Of a DNA stretch of 64,000 nt, positions 1 to 8,022 are shown in pieces. Numbering within the stretch: position 1 is the first letter of the stretch; each line of letters begins with the position of its first letter. The DNA is taken from contig JAQYTJ010000024.1 in NCBI GenBank assembly GCA_028724885.1, positions 2,748 to 66,747 of the forward strand, given 5' to 3'. The DNA is from Bacteroidales bacterium. GTDB taxonomy: Bacteria; Bacteroidota; Bacteroidia; Bacteroidales; UBA932. The notes below the pieces were generated by a model. It was not told the origin of the DNA. It worked only from the letters and a program-made list of their open reading frames with translations, and ran no database searches. The translations under genes were made by a program, and so were the position numbers.

Positions 1-2
1 GC

Positions 3-1652
3 AACTCGCTCACTGGAAAGAAGAATGATTTGCTGGTCCCGATGAACCCTCAATTCAGCCTTGCGACGGGTAATCAGTTCATTGAAGGCTCCAGGGACTG
101 GTCTAGCCGCATAGGGTTTTTTGGACGCGTAAACTATTCTTTCGCCAATAAGTATTTCCTTGAGGCAAACCTCCGTCGCGATGGTTCTCATAAATTCCCG
201 AAAGATCTCAGGTGGAAATGGTTCCCTGCTTTTTCTGGCGGATGGATCATCTCGAATGAGTCTTTCATGGAACCGGTAGAAGAATATTTGAGCTTCGCAA
301 AATTCAGGGCCTCGTGGGGACAGCTTGGAGACCAGTCAGTGTCTAGCAACCTCTATCGTTCTATATTGACATACGGACAGACAAGTTGGTTGGACGAGTC
401 TGGGAAGATGACATATTTCAGCACCCCGAGCTTGGTTGATGCGGACATAACCTGGCAGATGATTCAGACTCTGGATTTTGGATTCGACCTTAGGTTCTTC
501 AAGAATATGATGGGTATTACATTTGACTGGTATAGAAGAGACACTAAGGACATGATAATTCCTGGGGAGTCTTTGCCATCTACATTGGGTGCTGGTGCTC
601 CAAGCGGCAACTATGGTAACCTGAGGACTAACGGGTGGGAAATCACTTACGATTTCGATCACCGGTTCGCCAATGGACTTGGCATCAATTTCACCGCTAG
701 CCTATATGATGCGACGACTAAGATTACGAAGGGTGCGGACTGGGCGACTCCTTGGGAGGACCGACTTATAAGCGAGTCTTATTCAACGGGGAGAAGGTGG
801 GGAGACATCTACGGTTATGTCACTGACAGACTATACCAGAGGGGAGATTTCGTTTATGACTCTTCTGGAAACATCGTCAGGGAAAACGTAATTTTCAGAG
901 GCACCCTTCGCAGCACTAACAAACAGACTGCGCAATATCCTGTATATCAAGTTATTTTCGAAGATGGGAACAATGTCATCTGCTCCCCTGGTGATGTCAA
1001 ATTCAAGGATTTGAATGGAGACGGCTTTATAGATGGCGGCACCGGAACGAACGGAGATCATGGCGATCTTACGATTATAGGGAACAGCACTCCTCGTTAC
1101 GAGTACAGCTTCAGAATCGGGGCAGATTGGAAAGGATTTGACTTCTCTATGTTCTTCCAAGGCATAGGGAAACGCAAAATCTGGGGATCTGGCCAGCTCG
1201 CCATTCCAGGATATTCAGCTAAAGAAGGCGCTCTGCCTCAAACTTTCACTAAAGATTATTGGTACGAGCATTACGACGCAGAAGGAAATCTGGCTGATGC
1301 AAACTATGATGCTTTCTATCCTAGGGCATGGGATCTTGGGGGTGCCAACACGGGCTTCACTATGCAGGTTCAGAGCAAATATCTTCTGAATATGGCTTAC
1401 CTCCGACTGAAGAACGTAACGATAGGTTATTCGCTTCCGCAGAAACTTCTTAGAAAAGTCTTCCTCAATCAAGCTAGAGTTTACGTGTCTTTGGAGAACT
1501 TCTGGACCTGGGATCGTCTAAAAGGTCTTCCTATTGATCCTGAGGCAATTTCTGGATATTCAATGTTCAGCTCAAGCTACAACTTAGGCCGGACGGGTAC
1601 AGGGACGCCTGTGTTTAAATCGGCCTCAGTAGGACTTCAGTTAACTTTCTAA
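3..1652 (+). CDS. SusC/RagA-family TonB-dependent transporter, C-terminal barrel part (5' end outside the window)
   Basis: Frame is open from the window edge. SusC motifs GFFGRVNYSF..KYFLEANLRRDGS, FPAFSGGW, ITWQ..TLDFGFD, GNSTPRYEY, YLRLKNVTIGY; ends in GLQLTF with a terminal Phe. Directly followed by a SusD gene. Confidence 0.95.
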   Translation, partial: NSLTGKKNDLLVPMNPQFSLATGNQFIEGSRDWSSRIGFFGRVNYSFANKYFLEANLRRDGSHKFPKDLRWKWFPAFSGGWIISNESFMEPVEEYLSFAKFRASWGQLGDQSVSSNLYRSILTYGQTSWLDESGKMTYFSTPSLVDADITWQMIQTLDFGFDLRFFKNMMGITFDWYRRDTKDMIIPGESLPSTLGAGAPSGNYGNLRTNGWEITYDFDHRFANGLGINFTASLYDATTKITKGADWATPWEDRLISESYSTGRRWGDIYGYVTDRLYQRGDFVYDSSGNIVRENVIFRGTLRSTNKQTAQYPVYQVIFEDGNNVICSPGDVKFKDLNGDGFIDGGTGTNGDHGDLTIIGNSTPRYEYSFRIGADWKGFDFSMFFQGIGKRKIWGSGQLAIPGYSAKEGALPQTFTKDYWYEHYDAEGNLADANYDAFYPRAWDLGGANTGFTMQVQSKYLLNMAYLRLKNVTIGYSLPQKLLRKVFLNQARVYVSLENFWTWDRLKGLPIDPEAISGYSMFSSSYNLGRTGTGTPVFKSASVGLQLTF

Positions 1653-1659
1653 CAATCGA

Positions 1660-3483
1660 ATGAATATGAAAATAAGATTATCAATATTACTGGTCGTCGC
1701 AGCATTATCATTGGTTTCTTGCAATGAAGTGCTGGACCGCCCTTCGCCTACTGTGGCGGAGGATGAAACTTATTGGACGAGCGCAGAAAAACTGGAAGTC
1801 TATGCGAATGGCTTCTATGACAGATATTTCATAGGTTATGGCACAGGTTGGAGCACATCTGGAGCACCTCTGCTGTCATTCACTTTCAGTGATGATGTCG
1901 TGAATCTGGGAACTCAGAGCAACTTCACTCGTTCCGTCCCGTCATCATCAATATGGAGCTATTCTTACGTCAGGAAAGCTCAAATTATGGTAGAGCGCAT
2001 AGACGAGCGCATGAAGGACATCCTTTCTTCTAGCGAATATTCTCACTGGATGGGGATTGCAAGGCTGTTCAGAGGACTTGAATACGCTCGACTATGCAAT
2101 ACTTGGGGTGATGTTCCTTATTATGACCATGTGCTTGCGACTAACGAGAAAGACGAACTCTATAAGGATAGGATGCCTCGAAAAGAGGTAATGGATCATG
2201 TTTGGGACGATTTCAGTTTTGCAATAGAAAACATTGGCACGAGCGCTGGCTCATTCAAAATAAATAGATATGTCGCAGCTGCGATGGTTAGCCGCTGGGC
2301 TCTGAAGGAAGGAAGCTGGCAGAAATATTACTACAAAGACAATGACCAAGCTGCTAAATTCTTCTCCCTTGCCAAGACGGCTTCCGACATTGTCATGTCT
2401 AGCGGGCGCTATGACATAGTGGAGAATTTTCGAACGCTATTCGGCTCATTTGACCTTTCAAGTAGCAAAGATGTCATCCTTTATAGGAAATATGATGCCG
2501 CGGAGGGAATCACCCACTGCGTGGCATCGTATTGCAATCCGAAGGAATCTAGGGCGAACGGCCCCACTCTCGATCTCATAAAATCGTTCATCTGCGTGGA
2601 TGGAAATGATTGGCAGACATCAACAATTGAAGATGCGAAAGATTTCACTCTTTCTGCTTTAATTAAGACTAGAGATCCTCGATTCGAAGCCACATTCTAC
2701 TGCAAGCCGGTATCTACTGCAAAAAGCTCGTATCTTTTCGCCGTCAAATTCATTCCAAGGAGTGCTCTGGTTTTCCTTGACACAGAAGGTGGCACTGCTG
2801 AGTCGCAATGGACGAGCGTGAACAACCTGAATGGTTATCCTGTTTTCCGATATGCTGAAGTGCTGCTGAACTGGATCGAAGCGAAAGCAGAACTTGAGAC
2901 CCTAGGTAAAGGAACTGTGACACAGGAAGATATAGACATAACCATAAACAAAATCAGGTCCAGGCCTCTTGACGAAGATGCCGAGAAAGCTGGAGTGATA
3001 AAAACAGCGCCTATGATTCTGTCGACTCTTCCAAACGACCCTGAAAGGGATGAAGATGTGCCACAGCTGCTCTGGGAGATTCGACGCGAGCGCAGGATGG
3101 AATTTGCTTTCGAATATTCGAGATACGAGGATTTGCGCCGTTGGCGCAAGCTTGAATATATGGATACTGATGCTAACAAAGATCTACTCTATGGAACCTG
3201 GGTTAATTTCGCGCAGGAGGACTCTGCGGCTCTTTCTTCAGGAAACGTAGATAAGCTTCGCGTAGTTGACATGAACGGTAACGAGATCGTCTATGACGGA
3301 AAGAACGGAAGCAAAATGAGAGGGTTCTACTTTCCAATGCAGACAGTTGGCAGACTGCAATACTTGAACTTGCCTAACGTCAATCCGTACCTTTCTCCAA
3401 TAGGCACTAACAATATCGAAGAATACAAAAACAAAGGGTACACCCTTACGCAGACCGAAGGATGGCCTATAAGATCAAACTAA
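1660..3483 (+). CDS. SusD/RagB-family glycan-binding lipoprotein
   Basis: Lipobox LVSC; SusD motifs WGDVPYYD, FRYAEVLLNWIEA, EIRRERRMEFAFEYSRYEDLRRW. Confidence 0.95.
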   Translation: MNMKIRLSILLVVAALSLVSCNEVLDRPSPTVAEDETYWTSAEKLEVYANGFYDRYFIGYGTGWSTSGAPLLSFTFSDDVVNLGTQSNFTRSVPSSSIWSYSYVRKAQIMVERIDERMKDILSSSEYSHWMGIARLFRGLEYARLCNTWGDVPYYDHVLATNEKDELYKDRMPRKEVMDHVWDDFSFAIENIGTSAGSFKINRYVAAAMVSRWALKEGSWQKYYYKDNDQAAKFFSLAKTASDIVMSSGRYDIVENFRTLFGSFDLSSSKDVILYRKYDAAEGITHCVASYCNPKESRANGPTLDLIKSFICVDGNDWQTSTIEDAKDFTLSALIKTRDPRFEATFYCKPVSTAKSSYLFAVKFIPRSALVFLDTEGGTAESQWTSVNNLNGYPVFRYAEVLLNWIEAKAELETLGKGTVTQEDIDITINKIRSRPLDEDAEKAGVIKTAPMILSTLPNDPERDEDVPQLLWEIRRERRMEFAFEYSRYEDLRRWRKLEYMDTDANKDLLYGTWVNFAQEDSAALSSGNVDKLRVVDMNGNEIVYDGKNGSKMRGFYFPMQTVGRLQYLNLPNVNPYLSPIGTNNIEEYKNKGYTLTQTEGWPIRSN

Positions 3484-3494
3484 AAACGATTGTC

Positions 3495-4916
3495 ATGAAT
3501 ATAAAATATTTCATTGAATATATTTCCGTCGCGGCCATGGCATTCGCCGTATCTGCGACCATGTACTCATGCTCCGATGATTATCCAGGCGCATTGGATG
3601 CCCCATACAGCACTGACCTTTTATCCATAAAGGTCATTAATGCAGGGGCTGATCGAAACTTAATCTATGAGGGTACGATAGATGAAGATAAAAAGATGGT
3701 CTCTTTCAAGCGGTTCGATCCTTCAACGGATTTCTCTAACTTAAAGATTGAAGCAACCGTATCAGAAGGGGCAGAACTTGATTCAGACGTGATAGACGCT
3801 ACTTTCTCGGACGACGAGACCGAAAAGACTGTCCTGCTGAGAGTTAAGAATCATACTCGTTATAAAGACTACTTCGTTCGCATACGAAAGAAAGTTCCGG
3901 TGTTTGGCGCCGATTTGGACAAGGCGACGCTGTATGATTTCACAGGTGGAAAAATAGCTGATGCCGCTTCTGGCTCTACCAGGTGGGCGGATTTCGATGG
4001 TAATCATGTCTTGCTGGTGTCTAGGAATGGGGGAGTCAAGCCAGAACTTTTCAGCGTCGCAGACCTGAAGGCAGGCACAATTGATAGTCCGAAAATCTTA
4101 GATGTCACAGGGATTTCAGGAGGAACTTTTCCTATCAGCTGCGGAGCCTTGAGAAATGGCCACATCTATGTCAGCAATCTATCAGGAGGGGGAGTATCTC
4201 CTCTGAAAATATACTACTGGGACACTCCTGATTCTGTTCCTGAGAACATATTGAATTCCATTCTGGCTGACGACGCTCCAAATGCCAACACTCGTCATGG
4301 CGATAACGCTTCTTTCAATATCGATGCGGAAGGGAATGGCTACGTTTTCTTCGGCAGCAACAGCGATGGAGCCGACTTCATCAGGTATTCGATTACTTCA
4401 GGAAAGATTGTCGGCGAGCCTAAAGTCCTGACTTCTTTCAGCGGGGCTAATTCTTACCCTACGATATTCAGGATGGATGGTACTGGCGATTATGTGTTCA
4501 GCGGCCTTTATACTTATCCGAGAATAGTCAGCGAGGAGAATAAGGCTAGCGCTGAAATTTCTGGCCTTAACGGGCTTCAGATAACTGCTTGCCAGATTGT
4601 TGTATTTAATGAAGAGCGTTATCTTCTTACCTGCTCTGTCAACCGAACCGGCAGAGGAACTTCAGCTCTAAGAATATATGATATCACTAAAGGCTCATCC
4701 TTGTCTGAAGCCGTGGCTTTGCTCAATGCCAATCCAAAACCGATCTACGAGTTCGTGCTGGGGAGCGACAAATGCATCTCCCCTGGCACTGTAGTGAATT
4801 CCTCTATACAGAAAGATGCTGAAGGAAAAGATTCTGTTCTCTCTGTGTTCGCATTCAGCACGCAGATGGGTTTCGTGATTGTTGATTTCCCAATCAAAGT
4901 TGCACTTGATGATTAA
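3495..4916 (+). CDS. PUL surface lipoprotein, DUF4623-like (N-terminal Ig-like domain plus beta-rich domain)
   Basis: ATG 3495 gives a signal peptide ending in MYSC-SDD. Position between SusD and a hydrolase. DUF4623 suggested from size and context only. Confidence 0.65.
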   Translation: MNIKYFIEYISVAAMAFAVSATMYSCSDDYPGALDAPYSTDLLSIKVINAGADRNLIYEGTIDEDKKMVSFKRFDPSTDFSNLKIEATVSEGAELDSDVIDATFSDDETEKTVLLRVKNHTRYKDYFVRIRKKVPVFGADLDKATLYDFTGGKIADAASGSTRWADFDGNHVLLVSRNGGVKPELFSVADLKAGTIDSPKILDVTGISGGTFPISCGALRNGHIYVSNLSGGGVSPLKIYYWDTPDSVPENILNSILADDAPNANTRHGDNASFNIDAEGNGYVFFGSNSDGADFIRYSITSGKIVGEPKVLTSFSGANSYPTIFRMDGTGDYVFSGLYTYPRIVSEENKASAEISGLNGLQITACQIVVFNEERYLLTCSVNRTGRGTSALRIYDITKGSSLSEAVALLNANPKPIYEFVLGSDKCISPGTVVNSSIQKDAEGKDSVLSVFAFSTQMGFVIVDFPIKVALDD

Positions 4917-6360
4917 AAGATTTTTCAAATATTGTTTCGTCCTTTCTCTTTGCGTCGGCCTTGCGGCCTGTGGAGAGAAGGATGAACCTTTCGTACCTGG
5001 TACTAATCCGGTGATTCCGGGGAAACCGGAAACCCCAACATCAGTCGAGTTCCCGAAAAAAGAACTCAGGGGGGTGTGGGTGGCAACTGTATGGGAGATA
5101 GACTGGCCGAAAAGCAATCATGATGAGACTTCGCAGAAGAAGCTTTATCAGGATCAGCTAGACCTTTTTGAACGGATAGGCATCAATGCAGTATTCTTCC
5201 AGGTCAGGAGCAAGGCGGATGCCTATTACGATTCGCGGTACGAGTCTTGGAGCAAGACCATTACTGGCACTGCAGGCAAGGATCCTGGTTATGATGTGCT
5301 AAAATGGCTTATAGACGAGACGCACAAGAGGGGGATGCAATTCCATGCATGGATAAATCCGTATAGGATAGAGACAGGCACGAATGGGAATTTCCCTGAA
5401 CTGGATCCTAAGATTCCGAAGGAGCTGACTAAAGATTATCAGAAATTCCGGGTTTACAATCCAGCTCTTCCTGAAGTGAGGGACAGGCTGTGCAATATAG
5501 TTAGGGAAATCGTAACGAAATATGACGTTGATGGAATTCACTTGGATGACTATTTTTATCCGTCTTTATCTAGCGGGGAGTCTATGAACGATGAAGAAGA
5601 ATACAAAAAATATGGCTCCGGATATAATAGCATCGAGGATTTTAGGCGTGGGAATGTGAGCAAGATGATCCAGCAGATGCAGAAGACCATAATAGATGCG
5701 AAGCCGGAAGTCATTTTCTCAGTGGCTCCTCAAGGGAACTACGACAATAACTATAATGTCCAGTACATTGATGTTGCGAAGTGCTGTTCGGCTGGGTGGA
5801 TAGATGTCATCATCCCGCAGCTGTATTTCAATGAGACGTATTTCGAGCCTAGGCTCGAATGGTTTGCGCAGAATTCCGGAAAATCTCATCTCATGGTGGG
5901 ATACGGAATATATATGTATGGCAATAAAGATGGTTTCTCTGTCTCTTTGTTCAATTCTCTATATTCCAAAGCAAAGTCTAATAGCAAAGTAGAGGGGGCC
6001 TTGCTGTACAACACTTCGTCCCTCATGGAGAATAAAATTGGCATCACGGACGCAATTAAGGGCAAATTTGGCGAGAAGGTTCTCTTACCGTATTTGGGCA
6101 GGGGAACCGAAAATAAACCTGATAAACCGAGCGATGTTAAAATTTCGAGTTCTTCACTCACATGGTCTTCTGTATCAGGTGCGGCCTATTATGCGATCTA
6201 TAAATTGGATGCTTCGAAGAAGAAAGTCAATCTTGTAGGCATCTCTCCTGCTACGAGCTTCAAACTGACTTCGGCTGGAGTATATTATGTATCAGCTCTT
6301 TCGAAGGAAAATGCTGAGAGTGAGATTTCGGCTCCAATCAGCGTAGATGCATTGAACTGA
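4909..6360 (+). CDS. GHL10 (DUF187/YddW-like) glycoside hydrolase lipoprotein with C-terminal Fn3-like module
   Basis: Lipobox LAAC; motifs ELRGVWVATV, INAVFFQVR, FHAWINPYR, YDVDGIHLDDYFYP. ATG overlaps the upstream stop. Confidence 0.88.
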   Translation: MIKRFFKYCFVLSLCVGLAACGEKDEPFVPGTNPVIPGKPETPTSVEFPKKELRGVWVATVWEIDWPKSNHDETSQKKLYQDQLDLFERIGINAVFFQVRSKADAYYDSRYESWSKTITGTAGKDPGYDVLKWLIDETHKRGMQFHAWINPYRIETGTNGNFPELDPKIPKELTKDYQKFRVYNPALPEVRDRLCNIVREIVTKYDVDGIHLDDYFYPSLSSGESMNDEEEYKKYGSGYNSIEDFRRGNVSKMIQQMQKTIIDAKPEVIFSVAPQGNYDNNYNVQYIDVAKCCSAGWIDVIIPQLYFNETYFEPRLEWFAQNSGKSHLMVGYGIYMYGNKDGFSVSLFNSLYSKAKSNSKVEGALLYNTSSLMENKIGITDAIKGKFGEKVLLPYLGRGTENKPDKPSDVKISSSSLTWSSVSGAAYYAIYKLDASKKKVNLVGISPATSFKLTSAGVYYVSALSKENAESEISAPISVDALN

Positions 6361-6361
6361 G

Positions 6362-6387
6362 CTGTAACATTAATGTAACATTGTCAT
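6362..6387 (+). promoter_or_regulatory. Pho-box-like direct repeats
   Basis: TGTAACA at 6363 and 6374 (11-bp period) followed by TTGTCAT; resembles the CTGTCAT/CTGTAAC Pho-box unit; upstream of an OmpR/PhoB-family gene. Confidence 0.7.
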
Positions 6388-6398
6388 GGGGCTTTTTC

Positions 6399-6430
6399 TT
6401 TGACTAGGTCCGGCATTTTTGTTAATTTTG
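6399..6430 (+). promoter_or_regulatory. Bacteroidota housekeeping-sigma promoter (-33/-7)
   Basis: TTTG (6399-6402), 20-nt spacer, TAATTTTG (6423-6430); ATG at 6437. Confidence 0.75.
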
Positions 6431-6436
6431 TGTTAC

Positions 6437-7096
6437 ATGGATAAGATGAAGATACTTGTCGTCGATGACGAATTGGACATCTGTGCGATTCTCAAGTTCA
6501 ATCTGGAGAAGGCCGGATTCGAGGTTTCCACGGCTCAATCTGCAGAGGATGCTCTTGAGAAGGACATAAATTCGTATGATCTCCTTCTTTTGGATGTGAT
6601 GATGGAAGGAATGTCCGGATTCGACCTTGCGAAAATGCTGAAGCAGAAGCCCCAGACCAAGGATATTCCTATCATATTCATAACAGCGAAAGATACTGCG
6701 GATGATGCAGTGAATGGTTTGGATCTTGGCGCAGACGACTATATCTCTAAGCCTTTCTCTATAAAGGAGGTTATTTCTAGGGTGAAAGCTGTCCTACGAA
6801 GGACAAGGAGTGATTCAACCTCTGGCGGGATAGAAATTGACGATGAAAAAAAGTCTGTTAAAGTGGATGGAAAGCCGGTTTCTTTATCTCGCACTGAATA
6901 TGACCTGTTAAAGCTGCTGGTACATAATCCTGGAAAGGTCTTCTCTCGGAGCGACCTTATCTCTGCCATCTGGCCTGCGAACGTCATTGTCACGGAAAGA
7001 ACAGTGGACGTGAGCATTACGAGGCTGAGGAAGAAAATCGGTGAATATGGAGAGAAAATAGTTTCAAGGCATGGCTTCGGCTATTGTTTCGAATGA
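6437..7096 (+). CDS. OmpR/PhoB-family response regulator
   Basis: Receiver motifs ILVVDDE, LLLLDVMM, GADDYISKPF; winged-helix C-terminus ERTVDVSITRLRKKI..GFGY. Confidence 0.95.
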   Translation: MDKMKILVVDDELDICAILKFNLEKAGFEVSTAQSAEDALEKDINSYDLLLLDVMMEGMSGFDLAKMLKQKPQTKDIPIIFITAKDTADDAVNGLDLGADDYISKPFSIKEVISRVKAVLRRTRSDSTSGGIEIDDEKKSVKVDGKPVSLSRTEYDLLKLLVHNPGKVFSRSDLISAIWPANVIVTERTVDVSITRLRKKIGEYGEKIVSRHGFGYCFE

Positions 7097-7938
7097 GTAC
7101 CGTAATAATAATCTCACTGCTCATCGTTGTCATATTCCTTATTTTTGCATTAATAATGGTAAGACAGCGGTTCACCCATCTCAAGAAGTCTCTTGAAGAA
7201 GGGAGGATGAGCATGTATGACCAGCTTCAAAATGCCGAGGAGGACAAGAATCGTCTTAAGAGGCAGCTGACCCAGAACGTAGCTCACGAGCTAAAGACTC
7301 CTGTCAGCAGCATCCAGGGCTACCTTGAGACGATAGTCTCAGATCATGATATGGATGAAGAGGTAAAGAATCATTTCATCCAAAGGTGTTTCATTCAAAG
7401 CCAGCGGCTGTCATCGCTGCTTCAGGATATTTCCACATTGAATAAATTGGATGACGCTCCCGGGAGTTATGAGAGGGAGCCTATGAATATTCTGACTCTC
7501 TTTAATATGATTCTGTCGGATGTCGCTCAGAAGCTTAAAGAGAAGAATATCACTTTGCGAACGCTGATAGGCCCAGAGGTCGTGGTCGTAGGCAGCCATT
7601 CGCTGCTATATTCCATATTTGGAAATTTAATGGATAATGCCATCGCATACGCTGGAGATGGCGTGACTATTACGGTGCAGGTGGTGTCGGAAGACGAGAA
7701 TTTCTATACGTTCAGCTTCGCTGATAACGGAGTGGGGGTGGCTGCGGAGCATCTTCCGCATTTATTCGAGCGCTTTTATCGAGTGGATAAGGGCCGCTCC
7801 CGTAAAATGGGCGGCACTGGCCTTGGACTGGCTATCGTAAAGAATGCGGTCTTGCTTCATCACGGCAGCATTTCAGTCCGACTCGCCCAGACCGGTGGAC
7901 TCGAATTCATATTCAGTCTTCCGAAATCCGATGCCTGA
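7093..7938 (+). CDS. PhoR-like sensor histidine kinase, single TM helix, no sensor domain
   Basis: ATGA overlap with the regulator; H-box AHELKTP, N-box NLMDNAIAY, G1 DNGVGV, F-box FERFYRVD, G2 GGTGLGLAIVK. Confidence 0.93.
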   Translation: MSTVIIISLLIVVIFLIFALIMVRQRFTHLKKSLEEGRMSMYDQLQNAEEDKNRLKRQLTQNVAHELKTPVSSIQGYLETIVSDHDMDEEVKNHFIQRCFIQSQRLSSLLQDISTLNKLDDAPGSYEREPMNILTLFNMILSDVAQKLKEKNITLRTLIGPEVVVVGSHSLLYSIFGNLMDNAIAYAGDGVTITVQVVSEDENFYTFSFADNGVGVAAEHLPHLFERFYRVDKGRSRKMGGTGLGLAIVKNAVLLHHGSISVRLAQTGGLEFIFSLPKSDA

Positions 7939-7983
7939 AAAAGTATATTCTTAAATAAGCCTTCTCCTTGTCTCTCTTTTTCT

Positions 7984-8006
7984 TGTCATCCTGAAGAAAG
8001 TCAGGG
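7984..8006 (+). repeat. Single CGTC/TGTC-tagged palindromic (REP-like) unit between convergent genes
   Basis: TGTCAT-CCTGA-AGAAAG-TCAGG-G; same tag and stem as units at 11411 and 30522-30619. Confidence 0.6.
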
Positions 8007-8022
8007 TTTAAATAATGGAATG

